DNA of 64,000 nt from an uncultured Candidatus Saccharibacteria bacterium. GTDB lineage: Bacteria; Patescibacteriota; WWE3; UBA101185; UBA10185. A program made the position numbers and the translations under genes. The notes under the pieces were generated by a model, which saw nothing but the letters and a program-made list of their open reading frames with translations, was not told the origin of the DNA and did no database searches. This document shows positions 49,289-57,770 of the stretch, piece after piece. The stretch is taken from assembly GCA_964643995.1 (NCBI GenBank), contig CAZXUJ010000001.1, forward strand, positions 69,622-133,621. The letters run 5' to 3'. How positions within the stretch are numbered: position 1 is the first letter of the stretch; the number at the start of each line of letters is the position of its first letter.

Positions 49289-50410
49289 TTGATGGAAAAA
49301 TTCGACGTCGAAAAAAAGTTGGTTAAGCTGATAGTTTCAAAGATCAGCGAGGGTGTGATAATCACAAGTTTGGACAGAAAGATTGTAGAATTCAGTGAAG
49401 GGGCTTCCAAGATTACAGGCTACACGCAACTGGAGACGTTTGATAAACCCGTGGAAGAGATTATAAAACTGATCAAAGATGACACCCCCATACCTGTTGA
49501 TGAATTCTGCCCGATTGAATCATTTGAGATAGATGGTGCAATTTTTAGCGAATCTGGGCTTAAGCTGACTACTAGAACTGGAGAGACAAAAATAGTAAAT
49601 ATCATAACTAACAAAATCAAAGAGGGCGGTGACATAAATATTGGCTGTGTAATAACTATCACTGATAAATCCAAAGAAACGGAGCTAGAACACATGAAAT
49701 TAGACTTCATATCAATGTCAGCACATGTTCTAAGAACACCAGTTACTATTATTCGTGGTTATGCACAAACACTACTAAAAGAAAGCACTATTTCAAAGTT
49801 AGAAGCCATAGAAATAGATTCAATCAATCAGATCGCTACAGCTGCAAATGATCTGCGGGATAGGATAGAAAATATGCTGGCACTATCAAATATAAAAGAT
49901 GGTGAAATCAGAGTTAATCCTATTCCTCTGAGTTTGGAAGCAACTGCAAAAACGGTGCTAGAAACTTTTAGAGCTAGAGCTAACGAAAAAAAACTTGAAT
50001 TAAAATATATACCACCAAGAGAAGAACTACCAAGAGCATATGCGGAAGTAGGAAAAATAAAGGATGTGTTGGAAAAACTAATCGACAATGCTATTAAGTT
50101 TACGGAGCAGGGTTCCATTGAGGTTTCGATAGAGCCAGAAGGGGAATTTCTTAAAACCATCGTAAAAGATACAGGTCCTGGAATTGCAGAAGAAGGTATT
50201 ACTCAGCTTTTCACTAAGTTTTATCGAGTAAAACGCAAAACACTAGAAATGGAGTCAGGAAATGGTCTAAGTCTATATACAAGCAGGCGTATAATTCGAG
50301 CGTTAGGTGGCGATATCGGAGTAGAATCTAAGCAAAGCGTAGGGTCAAAGTTCTATTTTACAGTGCCTACGTACAAATACGATCTAAACAAGAAAACACA
50401 ATTAATTTAA
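49289..50410 (+). CDS. Cytoplasmic sensor histidine kinase (PAS, HisKA, HATPase_c)
   Basis: H-box MSAHVLRTPVTIIRGY. ATPase motifs DTGPGIAEE and GNGLSLYTSRRIIRALGGDIGV. No TM segments, and it is an orphan. Confidence 0.85.
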   Translation: MMEKFDVEKKLVKLIVSKISEGVIITSLDRKIVEFSEGASKITGYTQLETFDKPVEEIIKLIKDDTPIPVDEFCPIESFEIDGAIFSESGLKLTTRTGETKIVNIITNKIKEGGDINIGCVITITDKSKETELEHMKLDFISMSAHVLRTPVTIIRGYAQTLLKESTISKLEAIEIDSINQIATAANDLRDRIENMLALSNIKDGEIRVNPIPLSLEATAKTVLETFRARANEKKLELKYIPPREELPRAYAEVGKIKDVLEKLIDNAIKFTEQGSIEVSIEPEGEFLKTIVKDTGPGIAEEGITQLFTKFYRVKRKTLEMESGNGLSLYTSRRIIRALGGDIGVESKQSVGSKFYFTVPTYKYDLNKKTQLI

Positions 50411-50559
50411 TATCTATTTGTTAAGTACTGACTGTACTGTCCTGCGATCAACAAAAAACTGATAATACCAACAATTAATAACGCAATGAATAAAGCAACA
50501 AAGTTAAATCCCCACCTTTTATTTGACTTATAAAGATCGTACACGTAAAAAAGTATATT

Positions 50560-51195
50560 ATGAATTTAAGGGAACTTCAAAACACACAGATAAAAGATTT
50601 AACCTTTAGCATAGTTGATACAGAAACTACCGGAATGTATTCGGAATTTAACCGGATAATGGATATAGGCATAGTTACAGTCAAAAATAATGTGGTTTTA
50701 GGCAAATGGGAAACTCTGATTGATCCAGAACAACAAATACCCTATTGGATTACAGAATTTACAAATCTTGATGATTTTAAAGTAAGGGGACAACCAAAGT
50801 TTGCCAACGTGATAAACGATATACAACAACGAATTGAAAACACTGTTTTCGTCGCACATAATGTTGGGTTTGACTATTGGTTTTTGCATCATGAGTTTAA
50901 GCGAGCGAATAGAGAATTTGGCGTACCAAAGCTATGCACAGTCCAACTTGCGCGAAAGTTGTTACCTCAACTGCGCTATGCCAATCTAGATCTGCTAGCA
51001 AACTTTTACGACATTACCATAGATAACAGACATAGAGCGTTACCCGACGCCGAAGCTACGGCGATCGTGTTCAGTAAATTACTTGATCTAGCAGTAAATA
51101 AATATGGTGTGCAGAATTTCTTTGATCTTGAGGCACTACAAAGGCTTAATGTAGCAAGAGACATAGATCGAAAGTCTATTGTATTATTTAGCTAA
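50560..51195 (+). CDS. DnaQ-like 3'-5' exonuclease (DNA polymerase III epsilon family)
   Basis: Exo I FSIVDTETTGM, Exo II VAHNVGFDYWFL, Exo III HRALPDAEATA. Confidence 0.8.
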   Translation: MNLRELQNTQIKDLTFSIVDTETTGMYSEFNRIMDIGIVTVKNNVVLGKWETLIDPEQQIPYWITEFTNLDDFKVRGQPKFANVINDIQQRIENTVFVAHNVGFDYWFLHHEFKRANREFGVPKLCTVQLARKLLPQLRYANLDLLANFYDITIDNRHRALPDAEATAIVFSKLLDLAVNKYGVQNFFDLEALQRLNVARDIDRKSIVLFS

Positions 51196-52424
51196 TGAAA
51201 TTTTACGATAAACAGAAAGACCCAAAATTTATTTTGGTGGTTTCTATACTCCTTACCTACATTGTAACCATATTCCTGTTGTCAATGAGTGTACGTAAAC
51301 TTAGTGGCAAACTAGGTAACATAAGCGAAGAGCTTATTACTGTTAAAACATCACAGGGAAACTTTGAAAAGAACTTTTCTGATGAACTTTTCTCAGAGCA
51401 TCTTGAAATAAGTGAAAAAAGGAAAATCGAAAATGAATTAGCTGTCTTGAAAATCGAACTAGAAAATCTTAAATCCAGCGAAGACACGACAATAGTTGAG
51501 ATAAATAAAATATTTGAGTTGTTAGAAAATTTCGAGCAAAAAGTAGTCAGAAACGATAAGGTAAAGATCGATTCGGAAAATGTAGATGAAAAAACAAAAG
51601 AATGGGGACTTCTATTGATTAACAAAGATTTTGAAACTATCCAAGATCAAATTGAAGAGAGCAACTCTAAGCTGGACACCAGCTACAATAAATACTTGGC
51701 ATCATTACCCCCACCAGCACCAATTGGAGGTGGCTACTCTTATACTACTGTGGACACAGAGCGTGGAAGGTTTGGTGTTTATTTGATTAAGGTGCCACTT
51801 TCTGAATATCGGGTCAAAACTGTTACGGCGGCCAAAGATGACTGTAGTGACAACTGTCCAACCAAAAGCTTAGCCGAATATGTAAACGAAAATAATGGTT
51901 CTGTAGGTATGAATGGTTCTTATTTTTGTCCACCTGACTACTCAAACTGCAGCGGAAAAGTTAACACTTTTGACTATGCTTTATACGATTCGAATGCTAG
52001 AAAATGGATTAACAAAGATGCACGCTCTTGGGGAGATACAGGTTTAATGACTTTTAACGGCAATAGCGCAAGATTTTACAAAAGATCCTCTGACTATGAT
52101 GGAGATGGTGTTGATGCCGCTATTTCCAATTACCCTGCCCTGCTAGAAGATGGCAATATCGCTGTTGATGAAGACATACTAACTTCATATCAAAAAGATG
52201 TTAAGGGTACACGTGGCGCTATAGGATTTGGAGGAGAAAACATATATCTCGCACTTATCTTAGGGGCAACAGTTGAGGATGCCGCCTATGCTATGAGGTC
52301 ACTAGGCGCGAGAGATGCATTAAATCTTGACGGTGGTGGCTCATCAGCAATGTACTCAAATGGGGGGTACATTGTGGGTCCCGGACGAAGTTTGCCTAAC
52401 GCTATTGTTCTAGTAAGAAATTAG
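51195..52424 (+). CDS. Membrane-anchored protein with a C-terminal phosphodiester-glycosidase (NAGPA-like) domain
   Basis: N-terminal TM, a coiled-coil of about 120 aa, and the C-terminal motif ALNLDGGGSSAMYSNGGYIVGP...PNAIVLV typical of PF09992. 1-nt overlap with the dnaQ-like gene. Confidence 0.6.
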   Translation: MKFYDKQKDPKFILVVSILLTYIVTIFLLSMSVRKLSGKLGNISEELITVKTSQGNFEKNFSDELFSEHLEISEKRKIENELAVLKIELENLKSSEDTTIVEINKIFELLENFEQKVVRNDKVKIDSENVDEKTKEWGLLLINKDFETIQDQIEESNSKLDTSYNKYLASLPPPAPIGGGYSYTTVDTERGRFGVYLIKVPLSEYRVKTVTAAKDDCSDNCPTKSLAEYVNENNGSVGMNGSYFCPPDYSNCSGKVNTFDYALYDSNARKWINKDARSWGDTGLMTFNGNSARFYKRSSDYDGDGVDAAISNYPALLEDGNIAVDEDILTSYQKDVKGTRGAIGFGGENIYLALILGATVEDAAYAMRSLGARDALNLDGGGSSAMYSNGGYIVGPGRSLPNAIVLVRN

Positions 52425-53700
52425 GTTCACTTTCGTAGTCGTAGTTATATCCAGTATCACGTGATAAAACTGTAGTATTTGGATGCTTTTCTTTCCATTT
52501 TGCCCAAGTGGTAGTTGTTGTAGGAATAACATTTAAAACGGCCTTGTTCTCAAATGCCGGACCAGATATAGCTTCACCTGTTGATTGTAACCACAAGCTT
52601 TCAATCTCAGAACGATCATAGATAATTGCATCACCTTCATATACATCACCCGAAAAACCAAACTTTGTATCGTACATACCTAGTAACCCGATATATGAAA
52701 CAGCAGTCTCACAAAAAGCACAGAAGTTTACAACAACAGGTGCTTCGTTATACATATCGTTTACAACTTTATGCCAGCGAAGTATTTTTCGGGGGTAAGC
52801 GCGCTGAATATCTAGGTAATTCACCCCAAAAACCACATCCTCATCTTTTAGCCATTCAGAAGAATCCAGTACAGACTCAAACTGTGGATAGTCTATTGGT
52901 GGGTAACAAGATTCTCTATCACAAAGTCTCTCAATTTTAGTCTTGTCAAAAACCAGGTCTTGAGGAGGTAGTAGTATGTCTTGAGCGCCAAACTTTGTTT
53001 CAACAAGGGATGCCACAGTTACCCAATTCTCAGGCAAATTATCCAAAAACCAAACTTGCAAACGCTTTTCATAGCCAAAATAAACAAAAACAGAAGTTAG
53101 CATCAAAATAATCCCAAAGATCTGACGAACTAAAACATGGTTTTGTTTTACAAAATTTAATTTGGAAGTAAACCTACTACCTTGCGTTGCAATTAACCAA
53201 AGTGGAACACCTACACCAATAGCATAGGCAAGGACCAAAGCAACTGAGGCTAGGGATATTTTGTTAACAGCTGCTAGCGTCGAAATAGCCGCTACGATTG
53301 GACCCACACAAGGGGTCCAAACTAAACCTAAACCAACACCAGTAAAAAAGCCACCTGAAAAACCAGGCCTCGTAGTCGTGGTAAATTTGCTAAAGAGGTG
53401 CTCAATGTAAAACTGAAGTTTTTCCCATATTGGAAACAATATTGATATACCAATACCAAACAAAAGAACCGATGCTGAGAGACGCAAAAAATCAGCAGAA
53501 ATCCCTAACAACGTAACAAATGCGGATAAAAATAGCGCAGCTGCAGAAAAACTTAAAACAAGTCCAATAATTACCCCCTTTACACGAGACTTATTTCCAT
53601 CCAGGCCGCTTGAAAGTATTATGGGCAATATTGGAAGAACACAAGGTGAAAAAACTGTCAGCATGCCGGATAAAAAAGCGACAGGGAGTAAAGTAAGCAT
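52402..53700 (-). CDS. CcdA/DsbD-type thiol-disulfide transmembrane electron transporter fused to a C-terminal DUF3179 domain
   Basis: N-terminal 6-TM CcdA core with LTVFSPCVLPILP and WTPCVGPIV cysteine motifs. The C-terminal 200 aa match DUF3179 (GVNYLDIQRAYPRKIL..HKVVND, FCAFCETAVSY CxxC, LSRDTGY). Confidence 0.75.
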   Translation of the reverse strand: MLTLLPVAFLSGMLTVFSPCVLPILPIILSSGLDGNKSRVKGVIIGLVLSFSAAALFLSAFVTLLGISADFLRLSASVLLFGIGISILFPIWEKLQFYIEHLFSKFTTTTRPGFSGGFFTGVGLGLVWTPCVGPIVAAISTLAAVNKISLASVALVLAYAIGVGVPLWLIATQGSRFTSKLNFVKQNHVLVRQIFGIILMLTSVFVYFGYEKRLQVWFLDNLPENWVTVASLVETKFGAQDILLPPQDLVFDKTKIERLCDRESCYPPIDYPQFESVLDSSEWLKDEDVVFGVNYLDIQRAYPRKILRWHKVVNDMYNEAPVVVNFCAFCETAVSYIGLLGMYDTKFGFSGDVYEGDAIIYDRSEIESLWLQSTGEAISGPAFENKAVLNVIPTTTTTWAKWKEKHPNTTVLSRDTGYNYDYESEPNFLLEQ

Positions 53701-53703
53701 ACT

Positions 53704-54303
53704 TTATAAGTTCTCCAATATTGTTTCTACCCCGCCTCCAAGCCATTTACTTATTTCCTTACCTTGGCGGTTTACGTGAACAAATGTATGTTGGGCTGTC
53801 ACATTGTATTGCCTCTTAAGATCTGTCTCAGTGTCATAATTTAGTTTTAAAATTGTAAGCCCTTTTGGTAAAAGGGTATGGTCTTTCTGAATGCTTTTAT
53901 CAGCAGAACGACAGGTAGGACACCAATCAGCGTAAAAAAACAGCAAAGCTTGACCTTCATCTTTGAGAATCTGATCCAAAGCTGTTTTGGAGTAATTTAC
54001 ATAATTTTGTTTTATAGGAGTACCTGCATTGGGATCAGCTACAGCAGGCGCATTTACAACAGGCTGTGTTGGCTGAGATTCTGCAGGAGCGGGTTCAGCA
54101 GAAACTTCTGGAGTCACCTCATTTATTGGAGGTGTTGGTTGCTCAGTTATAGTTTGTGATGATGGAGTAACTGTTACTTCAGGCGCACTTGGATCTTCAC
54201 GTAAAAACACGAGAAGACCAATCAATATAAAAACGCCAAACATGCTAACTAAAGCAACAACAGTGTTGGTTTTATTGTGATTAGGACTTGAAACCTCTTC
54301 CAT
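53704..54303 (-). CDS. Membrane-anchored thioredoxin-like protein (TlpA/ResA-like)
   Basis: N-terminal TM, a Pro/Thr-rich linker, and a thioredoxin fold with ALLFFYADWCPTCRS (WCxxC). Confidence 0.8.
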   Translation of the reverse strand: MEEVSSPNHNKTNTVVALVSMFGVFILIGLLVFLREDPSAPEVTVTPSSQTITEQPTPPINEVTPEVSAEPAPAESQPTQPVVNAPAVADPNAGTPIKQNYVNYSKTALDQILKDEGQALLFFYADWCPTCRSADKSIQKDHTLLPKGLTILKLNYDTETDLKRQYNVTAQHTFVHVNRQGKEISKWLGGGVETILENL

Positions 54304-54428
54304 AAAGTAATATTAACATAATGCAGTAGTAGTGGAGGGGCACAAACAAAAACTTTGAAAAAACGATGCGTGCCTCTCAGACTAAAAAAACATTTTTGAA
54401 AGATGGAGTCAAGAAGTTAAGAGAGACA

Positions 54429-54466
54429 CAAGCGTATTGTCGTTTATTTGACATACAATACGCTTG
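54429..54466. repeat. Perfect 12-bp inverted repeat with a 14-nt spacer (CAAGCGTATTGT-N14-ACAATACGCTTG)
   Basis: Read directly from the sequence. It is located between the 3' end of ORF 54490-55491 and the start of the thioredoxin gene, and has no adjacent T-run typical of intrinsic terminators. Confidence 0.5.
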
Positions 54467-54489
54467 CGTTGCGCAGTCTCTCTAAGCAT

Positions 54490-55491
54490 CTAGTCCAAAT
54501 TGATATCCCATATTTCCCCTTGAGAAAATACCGGAAAACTATGCAGGAGATCAGACCAGCTGGATGGGTTAATAGAAAAAGCACGGCTGAGATCATAACC
54601 AGTAGCATCAACACCATTTCTTTTAATGTTGAGAGCAGTTGTTACACTCACTTGGGAGGTTGGGTAGTTAGCAACTATACTCTCTACAGTTCCTCGTGAA
54701 GAGCTATAATCTCGTACCAACAAGGCAGAGTTTTGTACAGAAGAAGCACTCCATATGAGCTGATAGACAGCTTTTCCGCTGAGCCTTAAACCAATCAGCT
54801 TCACTAACTCAGCGATGGGGGTTTGCCAAGCCTGGCGTTCTCTCCATGCCTTTGCACCTTTGCAACCAACCTCATTTGTTGCGTGCTCGTTTCTGCAAAG
54901 CACATAGGCACCATTGGACAAACGAACTGGATGATAGATAACCTCACTTCTTTGGTTACTACAATCCGGGCATGGGACCTTTCCTAATGCATTACCCCCA
55001 TACCAACTCAAATCAACGAGTGGCACGTTGAAAGATTCCTCCAGAGGCAATACCAACCCAACCTTTGCAATCCCTAGGAAAATGCCTAAATTTTCGAGCA
55101 ACTCAGCTCGTTTCAGATGTACAGGCCCTAAAAGTGCCGCAGGAGCAAAGTTCCCCGAGACCTTTGCGATATTCCGCATGTACGGATCATAAAAATCCCT
55201 CCACTGAGAATCATCCACAGCGTCTCCAGCAGGCCATAAATGCCGATATTCGCCCAAAGTACCGCCATATCCCATAAACGATACTAAATTCTTCCCTGGA
55301 TACTGCGTTGCAATTGCCAACTGTAAGAACAGCTCTGACGCCCGAAGATTCGGACTAGGTGTGCTGGCATCAGCCAACATCCAAGTCTCTATATCCGGAA
55401 CACCTATAGAAGCATCCCAACGATTCTGAAAAGCTTCTTTGGCTACATTGTAACCACTTTCATCTGAGCTGAATCTCTTCACAATTTTCAT
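54490..55491 (-). CDS. Hypothetical protein in a GC-elevated islet
   Basis: 333-aa ORF. Local GC is about 47% against about 36% in the flanks. Cys cluster CPDC...C...C. Motifs GDAVDD...RNEH weakly resemble metallophosphoesterase motifs, but no confident family assignment was made. Confidence 0.5.
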   Translation of the reverse strand: MKIVKRFSSDESGYNVAKEAFQNRWDASIGVPDIETWMLADASTPSPNLRASELFLQLAIATQYPGKNLVSFMGYGGTLGEYRHLWPAGDAVDDSQWRDFYDPYMRNIAKVSGNFAPAALLGPVHLKRAELLENLGIFLGIAKVGLVLPLEESFNVPLVDLSWYGGNALGKVPCPDCSNQRSEVIYHPVRLSNGAYVLCRNEHATNEVGCKGAKAWRERQAWQTPIAELVKLIGLRLSGKAVYQLIWSASSVQNSALLVRDYSSSRGTVESIVANYPTSQVSVTTALNIKRNGVDATGYDLSRAFSINPSSWSDLLHSFPVFSQGEIWDINLD

Positions 55492-55564
55492 CTGTATTAC
55501 TCCTTGGGCTACAGCCCATGTATATTTTTTCCCTATGATTTAGACAAAATGCTACTAAGCAAAA

Positions 55565-56773
55565 CTAACTGCTTAACACCTTTTCATATAAATCTTCCAT
55601 TTGAGATACTTGAGCATCTAAGGTATATCTACCGGAAATAAACTTTGATGCATCTACTGCTTTGGCTTGTAAACTTTGTCTGTAGAGCTGATCAGTAAAA
55701 AATCTATATAGCGCATCTTCCAAAGCTGCAGTATTTCCAACAGCAACCAATTCAGAGTAGTTACCATTTTGAGATTGTTCAACTAGCCCCTCTATATTAG
55801 AACTGATTACAGGTATTCCCAAAGCTAATGCTTCAAGAACCGCATTAGACCAAACTTCGGTTAATGAAGGTTGTACATATAAACTGGTTTTACTTAAATA
55901 CTGTGAAACCTTAGCATTAGGAACATAGCCCAAAAATTCAACACTATCACCAAGATTGTTATAATCACACAACTGACGCATTTCCCTTATATCTGAGCCA
56001 CCACCAATCAAACGCACCTTAACTGCTATCCCATTGGAACGCAAACCTTTGACTGCATCAATTAAGTAGTTGATACCTTTCAAAAATGACAACTCTCCCA
56101 CATATGTTATATCTGCTGGCGATATGTCATTGTCATACAGGCCCACCACTGGAACCGTATGATTGTTTGGGTTAGTACCAAAATCTGTTCCGTTGTGCAC
56201 AACATGCAGTTCTTTGTCTATCCCTAACCACTGTAAACCCTCTTTTATGCACTCGGCAGGTGCAGAGACATATATATTTTCAGACGGCAAATATTGACGT
56301 AAAAAATTCAATTTGGACTCTTTTTCCAGCGAAGTCATTGTACCCAAAGCCGAGAAAGGAATATGTCGGTGAGATGTACGTATAGAAAATATACATTTCT
56401 TGGAATTTTCAGCACAATATCTTAAAGCTTCCAAAGAAGCAGGACGGCAAGAGTAAGTAAAATATATATGCGTTACGTCAGCCCAGTTAATTAAATCCTG
56501 CAACTTCTTCATGGAGTCTAATAAAACTATTTTCACACCATCAATCTCTTTTACATCAGCTGTAGTTTTATATGTCTCAGAAGAAAATCTACTGGTGGCG
56601 ATTACAACTTCGTATCCTCTATCAACCAACTCTCGGGCACTTTTAAACACGTTAACTTCCACACCACCACCTTCTGTTGGAGGGTAATCATGAACAAACA
56701 ATATTTTTTTGCTAACTACGTTTTTTTCCATAACTATGGTGCTATTCTCCTGGAGCCGCCATTGCCAGCACAA
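55565..56773 (-). CDS. Glycosyltransferase family 4 (GT-B; BshA/MshA/PIG-A-like N-acetylglucosaminyltransferase candidate)
   Basis: C-terminal EVWSNAVLEALALGIPVISSNIEGLVEQ (EX7E region) and the N-terminal GT4 fold. It overlaps the upstream PIG-L gene by 40 nt. Confidence 0.8.
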   Translation of the reverse strand: MCWQWRLQENSTIVMEKNVVSKKILFVHDYPPTEGGGVEVNVFKSARELVDRGYEVVIATSRFSSETYKTTADVKEIDGVKIVLLDSMKKLQDLINWADVTHIYFTYSCRPASLEALRYCAENSKKCIFSIRTSHRHIPFSALGTMTSLEKESKLNFLRQYLPSENIYVSAPAECIKEGLQWLGIDKELHVVHNGTDFGTNPNNHTVPVVGLYDNDISPADITYVGELSFLKGINYLIDAVKGLRSNGIAVKVRLIGGGSDIREMRQLCDYNNLGDSVEFLGYVPNAKVSQYLSKTSLYVQPSLTEVWSNAVLEALALGIPVISSNIEGLVEQSQNGNYSELVAVGNTAALEDALYRFFTDQLYRQSLQAKAVDASKFISGRYTLDAQVSQMEDLYEKVLSS

Positions 56774-57489
56774 ACAAATTCATGCAAAATTGACGAATTT
56801 TCAGGCTTAAATTTATACCATGTAGGATTAAGCAAATCGTAACACTCAGCATATTTGTACCCAACACGTGAGCCTCTCAACAATGCCAAACCATTTACAA
56901 AATTGCGCAGGTATTCATCCACTCTATTTTCATATGCCACTTCAGTTGCAGAAATTTTAGCTTCATGAGAATCAGACGTGTTAAATGTTATTAAAGGATT
57001 AGGCAAAACATTTAGTCCATCGGTTTGCACCAAGATTCCAGTTTTGATAGGTTCCCCTAGCTCTGGCTGAGTTTTTCTGTATGCTATTTCGAATGCCCGC
57101 TTGCCAATATCATGGGAAACAGTATGCTCAAAATGATAATCATCTCTGTTCATCAGAGCTACAACATCGGGCCGTATTTCCCTAATAGCCTTTGCAACCT
57201 GCATAATGACGGCTTCATCCTCACCAAACAATCTTTTGGCCGGATCCAAGATAATAGGGTCATTAACGCCTAATATTTTACAAAAATGCCTAGTTTCATT
57301 TATTCTGTTTTCCCTAATCTCCTTACCTTCACCCGTATCACTTATGGCATTCTTAGCGGTTGTACAAACCAGCTCATAGACATCCCAGCCTGAGTCAACC
57401 AAACGTTTCATTGTGCCCCCTACCAACATATCGTCGTCTGGGTGCGCACAGATATACAAATATTTTAACTTTTTGTTCTCGGTTTCCAT
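56734..57489 (-). CDS. PIG-L/LmbE-family N-acetylglucosaminyl deacetylase (BshB/MshB-like)
   Basis: LYICAHPDDDMLVGG (AHPDDE-type zinc-binding motif), 251 aa. Confidence 0.8.
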   Translation of the reverse strand: METENKKLKYLYICAHPDDDMLVGGTMKRLVDSGWDVYELVCTTAKNAISDTGEGKEIRENRINETRHFCKILGVNDPIILDPAKRLFGEDEAVIMQVAKAIREIRPDVVALMNRDDYHFEHTVSHDIGKRAFEIAYRKTQPELGEPIKTGILVQTDGLNVLPNPLITFNTSDSHEAKISATEVAYENRVDEYLRNFVNGLALLRGSRVGYKYAECYDLLNPTWYKFKPENSSILHEFVCAGNGGSRRIAP

Positions 57490-57523
57490 TTTTGTTTCCT
57501 AAATTAATTACTAAGCAAACCAA

Positions 57524-57560
57524 CAAAAAAAGCCTCCGAATGGAGGCTTTTTGTAGTTTT
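57524..57560 (-). terminator. Rho-independent terminator downstream of the 38-aa small ORF
   Basis: Hairpin AGCCTCC-gaat-GGAGGCT (57531-57548) with a T7 run on the minus strand (A-run 57524-57530 on the plus strand) and T-rich sequence on the other side. It could act in both directions. Confidence 0.6.
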
Positions 57561-57579
57561 AAAAATTTTTACTAACTTA

Positions 57580-57696
57580 CTACTCGGCCCCCATTAACTG
57601 CTTAACAAAGAGAATAAACACTATAACGAGGACATACATAGTATTACCTGTTATTAATTGGTTATTTAGTTGTAGCGCCAATGTTTGACTTTTCAT
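57580..57696 (-). CDS. Unannotated 38-aa hydrophobic peptide gene (MKSQTLALQLNNQLITGNTMYVLVIVFILFVKQLMGAE)
   Basis: Below the ORF-track size cutoff. ATG at 57694-57696, a single predicted TM helix, a strong promoter upstream and an intrinsic terminator 31 nt downstream. Confidence 0.45.
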   Translation of the reverse strand: MKSQTLALQLNNQLITGNTMYVLVIVFILFVKQLMGAE

Positions 57697-57714
57697 AAGC
57701 TACTCGTATGGCAC

Positions 57715-57741
57715 ATTATACCAAAAATCCACAAATTGCAA
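57715..57741 (-). promoter_or_regulatory. Sigma70-like promoter with an extended -10 (TTGCAA - 15 nt - TGgTATAAT) for the small ORF
   Basis: On the minus strand: TTGCAATTTGTGGATTTTTGGTATAAT. The -10 TATAAT is plus-strand 57715-57720 and the -35 is 57736-57741. Confidence 0.4.
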
Positions 57742-57770
57742 AATTCTCTACATACATCTAATATCTACAC

